Shown here: piece by piece, positions 25,099-34,813 of the stretch
Position numbering within the stretch: the first letter of the stretch is position 1
How the letters are laid out: the number at the start of each line of letters is the position of its first letter
Origin: Elusimicrobiota bacterium
Lineage (GTDB): Bacteria > CG03 > SLGR01 > JAFGSA01
Reading direction: 5' to 3'
NCBI GenBank assembly: GCA_016934855.1
Contig: JAFGSA010000066.1
Location: forward strand, 1-41,823
DNA length: 41,823 nucleotides
Program-made: the position numbers and the translations under genes
The notes under the pieces: generated by a model
Told to the model about the DNA's origin: nothing
Databases searched by the model: none
Seen by the model: only the letters and a program-made list of their open reading frames with translations

Positions 25099-26042
25099 AA
25101 CTGGTAGTTCAGATCCCCTGTTTTAACGAAGAAGAAACACTGCAGGAAACAGTAGACGGAATTCCTGAGCGGTTTCCCGGAATAGATGACATTGAGATAA
25201 TTGTTATCGATGACGGGTCGACTGACAATACTGTAGAAACTGCAGAAAGAATAGCGCGCGTTACGGATGTGGTGCGTTTGCCGGTTCACCGGGGACTTGC
25301 TTCCGCCTTCATGGCAGGTATCCATAGGAGTCTTGCCAGGGGTGCGGATGTCATCGTCAATACGGATGCGGACAACCAGTATTGCGGTGAGGATATCGCC
25401 AAGCTGATAAAGCCTATACTGGACGGAAAGACGAACGTGGTGATAGGCAACAGGCAGGTACATGATATCAGGCATTTCTCCTTTATTAAAAAAATCCTGC
25501 AGAAATTAGGATCTAAAACTGTGAATATTCTTGCAAAAAGGGAGATATCAGATGTGACATCGGGTTTCCGCGCATTTTCCAGGGAGAGCGCGACCAGGCT
25601 GAGGGTATTTTCAACATACAGTTACACTCTCGAGACGATACTGCAGCTGTCAAGCATGAAGTTCGATATTGTCTCCGTCAACATCAGGACAAATCCGAAG
25701 CTGAGAAAATCACGTCTGATGAGAAGTATGCCGGAATACGTCTGGAGATCCATGCTTACGATAATAAAATTATTTTACATATATAATCCGTTCAAATTGT
25801 TTTTTTCTTTAAGCATGATATTCGGCATCCCGGGAATCACTCTTGTTGCCCGATTCTTTTTTCTATATTTTAAAATAAAAGGGCAGACAGGGCATGTGCA
25901 GTCCCTGATCATCGGGTTGACGCTTTGCGGGGCATCCGGTATAATGCTTTTAATAGGCGCGGTTGCCCAGCTGATAACCACCAACAGGAAAATCCTAGAA
26001 GATATTGATTATACGATAAAGACAATCCAATATAATAAATAG
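25095..26042 (+). CDS. GT2 polyprenyl-phosphate glycosyltransferase (GtrB/ArnC/DPM1-like) with two C-terminal transmembrane helices
   Basis: QIPCFNEE, VIDDGSTDNT and a TDADNQY (DxD) motif, plus two C-terminal transmembrane helices. The start is assigned to the ATG at 25095 (MKLVVQIP). Confidence 0.85.
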   Translation: MKLVVQIPCFNEEETLQETVDGIPERFPGIDDIEIIVIDDGSTDNTVETAERIARVTDVVRLPVHRGLASAFMAGIHRSLARGADVIVNTDADNQYCGEDIAKLIKPILDGKTNVVIGNRQVHDIRHFSFIKKILQKLGSKTVNILAKREISDVTSGFRAFSRESATRLRVFSTYSYTLETILQLSSMKFDIVSVNIRTNPKLRKSRLMRSMPEYVWRSMLTIIKLFYIYNPFKLFFSLSMIFGIPGITLVARFFFLYFKIKGQTGHVQSLIIGLTLCGASGIMLLIGAVAQLITTNRKILEDIDYTIKTIQYNK

Positions 26043-26073
26043 ATACAAAGCAGACGGCAGTTCACTCGATACA

Positions 26074-26712
26074 ATGGAAAATAGATCGAATAAAGAGATG
26101 AAAGAAAAAAATAGTAAGGTAGGACAGAGGGAGGGTGTGCTTTCTCCGCTGCTGGGCCGAATAAGGCTAAAAAAAATATCACAAAAAATAGTCCCTGACA
26201 GTTCCGTCCTGGATGTGGGCTGCGGTATTCTCTGCAGGCCCGGACTTATACAACGGAAGATAGATTATTCAGGGATAGATATCGACGAAAGAACGATAAG
26301 AGCCAATATATCGCTTTTCCCGGATGGTAGATTCTACTGTGTGGACATAGAAAAAGAGGATGTTCCTGAAACAGGCAAGAAGTACGATTTTATAATCATG
26401 GCCGCAGTGATAGAGCATGTTAATAATCCCGTCAAAGTGATGACGAAGATCGGGGGGCTGCTGAAACCGCAGGGCAGAATACTCCTTACAACGCCCGCAC
26501 CGCTGGGCGAGATAATATTGAAAATGGGCGCCTGCCTGGGTATATTCAGCAGGGAAGCCGAAAAACAGCATAATGCTCTGCTGGGAAAGAGAGATTTGTC
26601 GCGCCTGGCGGAATGCTGCGGTTTGGAATTGGAATACTACGAAAGGTTTCTTTTCGGCATGAATCAGTTTGTGGTATTCAGAATCAGGCAGGATACGGCC
26701 GCGGGCGAATAG
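26074..26712 (+). CDS. Class I SAM-dependent methyltransferase
   Basis: VLDVGCG motif I, acidic motif II, and 212 aa. Confidence 0.7.
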   Translation: MENRSNKEMKEKNSKVGQREGVLSPLLGRIRLKKISQKIVPDSSVLDVGCGILCRPGLIQRKIDYSGIDIDERTIRANISLFPDGRFYCVDIEKEDVPETGKKYDFIIMAAVIEHVNNPVKVMTKIGGLLKPQGRILLTTPAPLGEIILKMGACLGIFSREAEKQHNALLGKRDLSRLAECCGLELEYYERFLFGMNQFVVFRIRQDTAAGE

Positions 26713-26727
26713 ACAGCAGATATAATT

Positions 26728-27300
26728 ATGGCAGAATTAGAGTCACGAACAGTGAATAACGAATCATCGCGGACCCCGATGAGTAAGTTTTATAATGTTT
26801 TATGGTGGATTATAATTTTATTATCGTTGTATCTTGTAAAAGCAAATATTGAAACATCGTGGCGTTATTTCAGCAGGCAGAGATCGAGGTCTGATGGTAT
26901 GGATATTCTTTACCAGAGGGCGGGTGGCAAGGGCAGCCTGGGGGTATTTATCGAAGAATGCAGTATTAGGAATATGGGTAATCTGTATTATCCCGAAGAA
27001 CCAAAAACGGTTTACATGGGAAATCTGGGAATAAACCTGCTGGAAATGAGGATGTTGCCCGGTAAGTGTATAAAGGGTATGTATGAAGATAATATAACCG
27101 GCGAAGAAGTGAAATACCTCAGGAATATAAGCCTGAATCACAAGACAAGCGCATGCAGATCGGGAAATGCCGTATTATATTACGCTGATTATGATAAACC
27201 AAAAACCGGGAAAAGCGATTATATCGTGCTGGAGGCGCAAGATATTAGTGACGAATTGATATTCGTAGTGCCCCGGGACTGGAGAAAGGGACTGCAGTAA
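26728..27300 (+). CDS. Hypothetical membrane-anchored protein (190 aa)
   Basis: A single N-terminal transmembrane helix (FYNVLWWIIILLSLYLV) with no recognisable domain. The gene is tightly packed within the operon. Confidence 0.5.
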   Translation: MAELESRTVNNESSRTPMSKFYNVLWWIIILLSLYLVKANIETSWRYFSRQRSRSDGMDILYQRAGGKGSLGVFIEECSIRNMGNLYYPEEPKTVYMGNLGINLLEMRMLPGKCIKGMYEDNITGEEVKYLRNISLNHKTSACRSGNAVLYYADYDKPKTGKSDYIVLEAQDISDELIFVVPRDWRKGLQ

Positions 27301-27302
27301 AA

Positions 27303-28808
27303 ATGACCGGGCAAGTCCTGTATCTGAGTATAATATTCCTGACCGGTATATTGTTTACCGCGTTATTGAAGCCGTTTTTCCCGGACAGCCGGGTTATATG
27401 GCTGCTAGGGTTTCCTGCCGGAATGTTTATATGGGTTTTTTCCACCGTAATAATGATCATTATCTCCGTTCCCGTAAAACTGCCGTGCCTGTTCATACTC
27501 ATAGGAATCCTGTTTTCCGGGATGATGTTCTATTCTTACAGGAAAGAGCATCACGTCATTGGGTCAGTGAAAAAGCAGGATATATCGGCTGTTGCGATTC
27601 TGGCTGTCGTATTTTTGCTGTTGTCTGTCATATGCAGCCGATATAATTATATACATATGACAAATGATTCCTTTTATCATGAAGCGATGGGAAGGATGAT
27701 AGCCCGATACAGTAAAATCAACGGCGATTATATCGTCTATTTTACGCAGACAAGGCTGATATTCCTGTCTTCTCTTCATGGGATAGGCTATCTGTTCGGG
27801 GTCAGGATGGTGAACGCTATATATCCGGTAACCGGCATCTGGTTCGTCATTCTATTTGTAGCTTTCTGCCGGGAAGGCATGAAGGATATCTATATAGGGC
27901 CTGTTAAAAGGTCTTTGATATTAACAGCAGCCGGATCGTTCCTGGCGTCTTTTCCCTTGTATATTATGCACACCACATATCTATTGACTAACCTCATGAC
28001 ATCGATGTATTTCAGCATAGCACTGATAAGTTATTTTCTCAGTAAGAATGAGAATAAGGGATGGATGATAATATCGGCATTCTCTCTTGGCGCAACCGTG
28101 CTGATAAGGAAAGACATGGCTTTTGCCAATATCATCCCTTTGATACTCTTCACGAGCTGTAAGGACGACCGGATAAAAGAGAAATTCCCGTTGTGGCAGT
28201 ATCTTGTCATATATGTATCAATTGCCTATATATGGTCGTTCTACGGCCTGCTTATTTCCGGAGGCGATCTTCTGATAAACCAGCAGTTCGGATTTCCTTT
28301 CTATATCCTGTGCTTTATGTTTTCCATAGCGTGTGTCATGATTTTCGGATATACGAGACCTTTTAAATATATGAAACGCTGGCTGCCTGCAATCTGCATT
28401 TTATCATTGGCTATGGTGTTGCTGATAGCCGTGTTATTCTGTCCGGAGAAGATAATTTATTATTACAGGGTATTAATAAGCTATCTGGCCACAGGAAGGA
28501 TGTCGACTAAAGGTTCTATCGGTGTCCTTTTGTGTTTTATCATGATTATTTATACGGTGAGGAGAACGGCAGACATGTGGAAATACTTATTTGTCATAAC
28601 AGGTTTTCTCTTGATATGGTTTATCATCAACGGCGTATATCTGATGCCGGTAACAGTGAGTAAGTTCAAATATCACTGGAATTTTTCCGCGAGCAGGATA
28701 CTCCTGCATATCTTTCCGTTCATCCTTTACAGTTATGCGGTCTTCCTGGGTTCTCTGGGAAAAAAGGCATTGCCGCTGCCCGCGGAAAGCGTCGGACGTG
28801 CCGACTGA
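27303..28808 (+). CDS. Polytopic membrane protein of 501 aa with ~12 transmembrane helices. Possibly a GT-C-fold glycosyltransferase that uses the polyprenyl-P-sugar made by the upstream GT2
   Basis: Hydrophobicity pattern. The first loop has NDSFYHEAMGR (an acidic motif as in ArnT/PMT-type GT-C). The functional call comes from context only. Confidence 0.55.
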   Translation: MTGQVLYLSIIFLTGILFTALLKPFFPDSRVIWLLGFPAGMFIWVFSTVIMIIISVPVKLPCLFILIGILFSGMMFYSYRKEHHVIGSVKKQDISAVAILAVVFLLLSVICSRYNYIHMTNDSFYHEAMGRMIARYSKINGDYIVYFTQTRLIFLSSLHGIGYLFGVRMVNAIYPVTGIWFVILFVAFCREGMKDIYIGPVKRSLILTAAGSFLASFPLYIMHTTYLLTNLMTSMYFSIALISYFLSKNENKGWMIISAFSLGATVLIRKDMAFANIIPLILFTSCKDDRIKEKFPLWQYLVIYVSIAYIWSFYGLLISGGDLLINQQFGFPFYILCFMFSIACVMIFGYTRPFKYMKRWLPAICILSLAMVLLIAVLFCPEKIIYYYRVLISYLATGRMSTKGSIGVLLCFIMIIYTVRRTADMWKYLFVITGFLLIWFIINGVYLMPVTVSKFKYHWNFSASRILLHIFPFILYSYAVFLGSLGKKALPLPAESVGRAD

Positions 28809-28918
28809 GGTATGCAATTTATCACAAAAAAAAGGTATATTGCGGAGATTTTCCCGGTCAGAAACTTAGAAAAAAGTGACTAAAACCGCAAGGGTTTCCT
28901 TAAAGGATCCTGATATAA

Positions 28919-31201
28919 TTACTCTGTTTGCGAGGGATGGCTGTTTTTTCGCCTGTTAATGCCGTTCACCGGATTTTCTATAGACGCGAATATCCTGTAA
29001 AGCGCGCTGCTCTTGGCGCTCGTAAGTATCCTGTGCCTGTTGGATTTGTCCGCAAGGAACTTCGAGATTTCGGCTATATATTGAAGATAAGACTCATTGC
29101 CTTCGGTGGGGATCAGGGTGAGTATGAATATCCTGGAAGGCTTCTTGTCGAGCGCATTGAACTCCACGCCGTCTCTGCTCACTCCGACGGCCGATATCAG
29201 GTGCCGTATACCCGCGGACCGCGCATGCGGTAAAGCTATTCCGTACTGCATCCCTGTCGACATCGACTTTTCCCGTTCGAAGACGGCGCTGACAGTATTT
29301 TCCTTTTCCTCCGGGGCCAGATAGCCGGCTTTGACTATGGTTTCTATGAGTTCGGAAATAATATCCCGTGGGCTTTTCCCTTTGAGCCAGGAAGTGACGG
29401 TTCCAGGCCTTATTATATTTCTTATGTGCATGCGCCTGGTTCCCCCGGGGACGGCGGACTTGAGTATCTGCATGCCTATGGCGTCCCTGTCTATACTGGT
29501 CTGAAGAGACCTGACGGTGTATTCCAGGTCGGCTATTATCTCGTAGAACAGCGTATGCACGAAAGCCTCGTCGGGCCTCCTGCATTCGAATATAAGTTCC
29601 GACGGGTCATACTGCAGAGTAAGTGAAGTGTCTTCCTTGCGTATCTGAAAAAGGGTGTAGGGGATCTCCATGCGATATACATAAAATCCCTCGTCTTCAA
29701 ATGCACTGATGACCCTGCTGAGCACCATCTCGGCGGTCTGCTGGTTCGGCATGGGATAGCGTATCTTCGCGTGCTCGACCGGCGACTGCGCCTCTTTTTT
29801 CAGTATGGGTTTTTCACTGGTAATCATTCTCGAAAGGAGTCCCGGAGTGATAAGGGTGGTTAAAAATACCATAGTGACAGTGACGCTGAATATCTCATGC
29901 GGTATGATCCCCTGCGAAAGGCCTATCCCCGCGATTATCAGGGCTACCTCGCTCCTGGGGACCATGCCTATTCCCACCGTAGCCGCTCCGTGCAGACTGA
30001 AATTTAAAAGATACGCAGGCAGACCGCAGCCCAGGTATTTGCTTGCAAAGGCCACAACGAAATAGGCTGCGCCGAAAATAAGAGTATTCCATCCGGCCAT
30101 CTCCCTGAAATTCACGAACATCCCCATGGTGCAGAAGAATACCGGAACCAGGAAACGCTGGAGTACCGATATGTTTTCGCGTATCATGAAAGAGAGATCG
30201 GATTTCGACAGGCTGAGCCCCATGACATACGCGCCGATTATCATGGCAAGCCCCGACTTTTCGAATATTCCCGAAAGCAGCAGTGCAAAAGAGAAACTCA
30301 TTATTGATATTGTCACCTTGTCGCGGAACTTCTTAAGGAAGCGCTCGATATGCCTGTAAAATATAACGCCGGCCACGGTAAAACCCAGCCATATGCCGAC
30401 GGCTTTAGCCGAGATGGCTGCCACCTGGCCCCACATAACATGGCCGCTCTTGATGATGCCTATTACCACGGCAAGAGCTATTATCCCAAGAACATCGTCA
30501 ATTACGGCGGCTGAGATGATGGTTATGCCTTCGGGGGAATCCATCTTCCTCTTTTCGGAGAGGATCCTCGCGCTAATTCCAACGGAGGTAGCGGTGGTTA
30601 TTATGCCCAGAAACATAGGCACGGGGTGCAGGAATCCGTAGAATTTCCCGAAAACGGTCCGGGAAAAAAGCATTCCTGTTATATCGCCGAAAATAAAACT
30701 GAAAATGACGCCCGATATGCCTACCATGGTCGATACGAATGAAAAAGACAGGAATGTATCGATATTCGTTTCGATGCCGGCGATGAAAAGGAGTATTATG
30801 GCTGCGAGTGTCGTTATGCTGTACAGTTCCCTGGATACCGGGAGCCCGTCGCTGATGGGGAAGAACCCGCCGGGGAAGCCCGGCAGAGGAATACTGCCTA
30901 AAAGATACGGCCCCAGTATTATGCCCGCGAATATTTCGCCGAGCACTCCGGGCATTTTCATGCGCTCGAAGAGACGGCCGCTGGCCCAGGCGGCGAGAAC
31001 CATAACCCCGAGCTGCATGACCATCTGGGCTATCCCTGAGTTGAGATTATCTGCGCCGCCGTTTTCGGCGGCAGAAACTGATCGTAATGCGAGCAGTAAG
31101 AAGGCGGGCAGTATCGCGTAGCGGAGCCAGCCGCGAAATTCGCCTGGACTTGTTCTGCCGGTTTCAGCCGATATGGTTTTATGTGTATATCCCAAAATCA
31201 T
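28919..31201 (-). CDS. CPA2-family cation:proton antiporter fused to a C-terminal PTS EIIA type-2 (PtsN-like) domain
   Basis: MKMPGVLGEIFAGIILGPYLLG is an NhaP/Kef-type N-terminus with ~12 transmembrane helices. The C-terminus has GIALPHAR (the EIIA-2 His motif). The start is uncertain: the ATG at 31201 is preferred (AGGTAG upstream), but the ORF is open to 31273. Confidence 0.75.
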   Translation of the reverse strand: MILGYTHKTISAETGRTSPGEFRGWLRYAILPAFLLLALRSVSAAENGGADNLNSGIAQMVMQLGVMVLAAWASGRLFERMKMPGVLGEIFAGIILGPYLLGSIPLPGFPGGFFPISDGLPVSRELYSITTLAAIILLFIAGIETNIDTFLSFSFVSTMVGISGVIFSFIFGDITGMLFSRTVFGKFYGFLHPVPMFLGIITTATSVGISARILSEKRKMDSPEGITIISAAVIDDVLGIIALAVVIGIIKSGHVMWGQVAAISAKAVGIWLGFTVAGVIFYRHIERFLKKFRDKVTISIMSFSFALLLSGIFEKSGLAMIIGAYVMGLSLSKSDLSFMIRENISVLQRFLVPVFFCTMGMFVNFREMAGWNTLIFGAAYFVVAFASKYLGCGLPAYLLNFSLHGAATVGIGMVPRSEVALIIAGIGLSQGIIPHEIFSVTVTMVFLTTLITPGLLSRMITSEKPILKKEAQSPVEHAKIRYPMPNQQTAEMVLSRVISAFEDEGFYVYRMEIPYTLFQIRKEDTSLTLQYDPSELIFECRRPDEAFVHTLFYEIIADLEYTVRSLQTSIDRDAIGMQILKSAVPGGTRRMHIRNIIRPGTVTSWLKGKSPRDIISELIETIVKAGYLAPEEKENTVSAVFEREKSMSTGMQYGIALPHARSAGIRHLISAVGVSRDGVEFNALDKKPSRIFILTLIPTEGNESYLQYIAEISKFLADKSNRHRILTSAKSSALYRIFASIENPVNGINRRKNSHPSQTE

Positions 31202-31502
31202 TAATATATCTACCTTAATACGTTTTTCAAATATGCCGTTTATGTATTTTCTGTTTCCGAATATATTAAACAAAATAGCGAAAAAGTCAAAAATATATTA
31301 CGGAGATGTTTCTCATCGGCCCCGAAAAGATAAATAAACAAAGATGTCCGGCGTTCAAGACTGCAGTATAAAGCGGATAAAATAGATAATACAAATCCCT
31401 GACGGTTTTCCCTTAAAAGCCCGGACTGCATGCAGGAATCCTTTTACGCATATTTTACGCCGTTTTCTAAATAAATACATATATATGCGGTATAATATAC
31501 CT

Positions 31503-31649
31503 GGAAGAAGGAAATCTGATCTTTGAAACTGCAGGAAAGAAACACCCGGCTTATCCCCGCAAGGCGTCTTCAAGTCCGGATAAGCGGGTTTGGTATATAT
31601 AGCCCCGCTCAAAACCGTAAGGTCTTGGGCGGGGTTCTCTTTTATTTTT
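31503..31649 (+). ncRNA. Candidate small RNA of about 145 nt, with a TATAAT box at 31491-31496, an internal long stem-loop at 31545-31588, and a strong intrinsic terminator
   Basis: No plus-strand ORF is present. gcggTATAATat lies upstream. An 11-bp bulged stem forms from cccggcttatcc and ggataagcggg. The terminator is at 31603-31649. Confidence 0.3.
31603..31649 (+). terminator. Rho-independent terminator on the plus strand: a 14-bp stem with a GTAA tetraloop, followed by ttctcttttattttt
   Basis: ccccgctcaaaacc-gtaa-ggtcttgggcgggg (one mismatch, one G-U pair) followed by a T-run. It is oriented for the plus strand only. Confidence 0.6.
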
Positions 31650-31759
31650 GCATTTTACTTCTGAAAAACTTACGCTGCTGTTCTCCCGGGCAGCTTTAAG
31701 AAGCGGCGTGAAAGACGTCAGCGGCATGTCGGGCGCAAGCCTGCGGGGAACAGGCTGTC

Positions 31760-34708
31760 CTATTCCAGGTATAAGGTTTCGCTGATTCTTATGTCCGAAG
31801 AAGAACTCCCGATCATTATTACGAACTTTCCGGGTTCTGCGATCCAGGATTTTCCCCCGGGGTCATAGTAAGAAAAGGCGTCCCTGTCCAGAAGGAAAGT
31901 GATGGTCTTCTTCTCACCAGGCTTGAGATTCACCTTTTTAAAGCCCTTGAGTTCTTTAACGGGCCTGGGCAGGCTGGATTCGGTATCGGATACATAGAGC
32001 TGTACTACTTCTTTCCCTTCGTATTCTCCCGTGTTCTCGACATCCAGGTCTACGGCATACGGGCAGCCACCGGTCTTCTTATCCGGGGTTATCTTCAGGT
32101 CGCTGTACCTGAACCCGGTATAGGACAGGCCGTAACCGAAAGGAAAGAGAGGCTCGATGCCGTTCTTGTCGAAGTGCCTGTACCCTATGAAAATGCCTTC
32201 TTCGTACCGGACGGTATCGCTGCCCGGGTAGTTCTTCGAAGAGGCCGTATCGCCGTATATCTTAGGAAAAGTCACGGGCAGTTTGCCGGAGGGGGTGACG
32301 TCGCCGAACAGCACCGCGGCTATGGCGCTGCCGCCTTCCTGCCCGGGATACCACGCTTCGACGAGAGCGTGAATGTCGCCTATCCAGGCGCTCATGTCTA
32401 CGGGAGACCCGTTTATCAGTATGACGACTGTATTGCCGTTCGCCGAGGCTACGGCCTTTATCAGGTCATCCTGCGCTTTTGTGAGGAACATGTCTTTCTT
32501 ATCGAATCCTTCTCCTTCAAAAGCGTTTGTAAGGCCGGCAAAGACGAGCGCTATGTCTGAATCCTTTGCCGCCGCGACCGCTTTCTCCAGCATTTCTTCG
32601 TCCAGTCTGTCCATGCCGAACCTGATTATCGCATCTCCCGAGTTCTCGTAATATTCTATCCTGATATCATACCTGATCCCTTTCTTCATCTGGAGGGTGC
32701 AGCTTCTGTACGAATCTCCGTGATCGCCCCAGTTGTCGATTGCCAGGGTTTCGTTTACATAGAGGCGGCTTCCGTCGTCACTGGAGAGCCCGAAAATGTA
32801 TTTCCCGTCAGACGAGGGGTAGAAAGAGCATGACCATCTGGCCGAGAAGCCGTCAATAGGTATATCCGCTGAGGGAGAACCCTGTCCCCATGCGTACTGG
32901 ATGTTCTTATCGTTCCTGACAAGTTTCGGCTTGCCTTCCAGGGAGATATTGTCGTAGAATTCCGCCTTATATCCCCTGATATCACCGGACTTGTTCTTGT
33001 ACGATATCATATCCAGGGGTATATCGTAGACGTTTCCCCCGAAGGAGCAGCCTTCCGCATATACTATCTCAATACCGCCGCCGCATCTGTTTTTCAGACC
33101 TTCCAGGGGGCTCACGGTATACGGCGGGTAGACAGTCGAGCTTCCTCCCCCGCCGAGCCTGGCGAAAGCGGCGTTAGGCCCGATTACGGCGATCTTTTTC
33201 ACTTTTTTAATTTCCAGGGGAAGGATATCCTTATCGTTCTTTAGAAGTATTATGGAGTTCTCCGCGGCTTCGCGCGCGAGCCGCTTGTGTTCGGGGGTGT
33301 TCTTTTCTGCCCTATATTCCTTAGAAGGGCTGTCGAAGAGGCCGAGTATGAACGCGGCCCTGAGTATGCGTCTCACTTTATCGTCCAGGAGTTTTTCGTC
33401 GATCTCTCCGTTCTCCAGCAGGGGCAGGAGGCGGTCCGCGTTAAAGAACTTGCCCGGGCCCGGCATCTCTATGTCGCAGCCCCCGTCAAACGCTTCGGGA
33501 CCGTGGTACACGGCGCCCCAGTCGGAAATCACAAAACCGTCGAATCCCCACTCGTTTTTCAGGATATCCGTAAGCAGGTATCTGTTCTCGCAGCAGTATT
33601 CTCCTCTCAGCCTGTTATAGGCGCCCATTATGCTCAGGGTGCCAGCCTCCTTTACTGCGGCTTTGAACGAGGGGAGGTATATCTCCCTCAACGCCCGCTC
33701 GTCGACCTCAACATTTATGTTATTGCGGTCCCACTCCTGGTTATTGCATGCGAAATGCTTTGTAGATGTTCCGATCCCCTGGCTCTGGACTCCTTTGACA
33801 TAGGCAACCGCCATCCGGGAAGAAAGGAAGGGATCTTCGCTGTAGCTTTCGAAGTTCCTCCCGCCAAGGGGTGTCCTGTGTATATTTACGCAGGGTCCGA
33901 GAAGGATATCCTTCCCGTTGGCGCGGGTTTCGCGGCCAAGCACCTCGCCTATACGGTACACCAGCTCCTCGTCCCAGGTCGAAGCGATCGAGATACCTGT
34001 CGGAAAACATGTTGACCTGCTGCCGCCTCCCACGCCGTGGGGACCGTCAGTTACGCGCATGCAGGGTATCCTCAGTCTCTGGTTCGATCCTGTCTGCCAG
34101 GAGCTGTCGCCGCCGAGAATAGACAGTTTCTCCTTCAGTGACATCCTTGAAATAAGATCGTCGACCCGCACTTCCGCGGGCAGTTTCCGATCGGTATAGG
34201 GCGCATGCGGATCATATGGGGGAAGGACGGCCTCATCCGGGTTCAGGACGATTTCCCATATGGAGTATCCCCAGCTGGTAGTCCTTTGCGAGCAGAGTAT
34301 CCTTATATATCCCGAGTTCACGGGCTTAAAGGAAATCACGCGCTTTTCGTTTTCCTTCCCGTCGCTGATCTCGGCTACATCTTTCCATTCTACTGCGTTA
34401 TCCGAAACCTGCACTGTATATTTTTTCGCGGAAGCGGTCTCCCAGATTATTTTGATAGCCGACAAAGATACGTTTTCGCGGAATTTTATCATGATCCAGG
34501 AGGGATCGGCGTCGTGTGCTGATTCCCATCTTGTAGAGGGATCCGAATCGAGCGCGAAACCGGCTTTATTCCTGCCGTTTTCGGAGGAGGCGGTTATCTC
34601 TTCTATAGCGCCGGGACGTATGAGGAAATCCCCGGCATCCCCGGCATCCCCGGCGAACAGATCAACAGCTGCCATCAGGAAAAGCGTTAATATAAGAATT
34701 TTTTTCAT
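31760..34708 (-). CDS. Secreted multidomain GH3 beta-glucosidase: F5/8 type C (discoidin) domain, GH3 N-terminal and C-terminal domains with a PA14 insertion, and an Fn3-like domain
   Basis: Signal peptide; discoidin region (DSDPSTRWES..); the GH3 nucleophile motif GFDGFVISDW; a PA14 stretch (KAEFYDNISLEG...); a C-terminal Fn3-like fold. Confidence 0.85.
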   Translation of the reverse strand: MKKILILTLFLMAAVDLFAGDAGDAGDFLIRPGAIEEITASSENGRNKAGFALDSDPSTRWESAHDADPSWIMIKFRENVSLSAIKIIWETASAKKYTVQVSDNAVEWKDVAEISDGKENEKRVISFKPVNSGYIRILCSQRTTSWGYSIWEIVLNPDEAVLPPYDPHAPYTDRKLPAEVRVDDLISRMSLKEKLSILGGDSSWQTGSNQRLRIPCMRVTDGPHGVGGGSRSTCFPTGISIASTWDEELVYRIGEVLGRETRANGKDILLGPCVNIHRTPLGGRNFESYSEDPFLSSRMAVAYVKGVQSQGIGTSTKHFACNNQEWDRNNINVEVDERALREIYLPSFKAAVKEAGTLSIMGAYNRLRGEYCCENRYLLTDILKNEWGFDGFVISDWGAVYHGPEAFDGGCDIEMPGPGKFFNADRLLPLLENGEIDEKLLDDKVRRILRAAFILGLFDSPSKEYRAEKNTPEHKRLAREAAENSIILLKNDKDILPLEIKKVKKIAVIGPNAAFARLGGGGSSTVYPPYTVSPLEGLKNRCGGGIEIVYAEGCSFGGNVYDIPLDMISYKNKSGDIRGYKAEFYDNISLEGKPKLVRNDKNIQYAWGQGSPSADIPIDGFSARWSCSFYPSSDGKYIFGLSSDDGSRLYVNETLAIDNWGDHGDSYRSCTLQMKKGIRYDIRIEYYENSGDAIIRFGMDRLDEEMLEKAVAAAKDSDIALVFAGLTNAFEGEGFDKKDMFLTKAQDDLIKAVASANGNTVVILINGSPVDMSAWIGDIHALVEAWYPGQEGGSAIAAVLFGDVTPSGKLPVTFPKIYGDTASSKNYPGSDTVRYEEGIFIGYRHFDKNGIEPLFPFGYGLSYTGFRYSDLKITPDKKTGGCPYAVDLDVENTGEYEGKEVVQLYVSDTESSLPRPVKELKGFKKVNLKPGEKKTITFLLDRDAFSYYDPGGKSWIAEPGKFVIMIGSSSSDIRISETLYLE

Positions 34709-34813
34709 GATATAGATCCCCCTTTGTCTAAGAGATAATTTTATTATTTAGCGGGCTTAAGTCAAATCTTGATTTTTCATGTTTTTATTATATAAAATGA
34801 AATAATACAGATC

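Noticed and set aside
33287-34015. 242-aa ORF on the plus strand
   Set aside because: It is antisense within the GH3 beta-glucosidase gene. No support.
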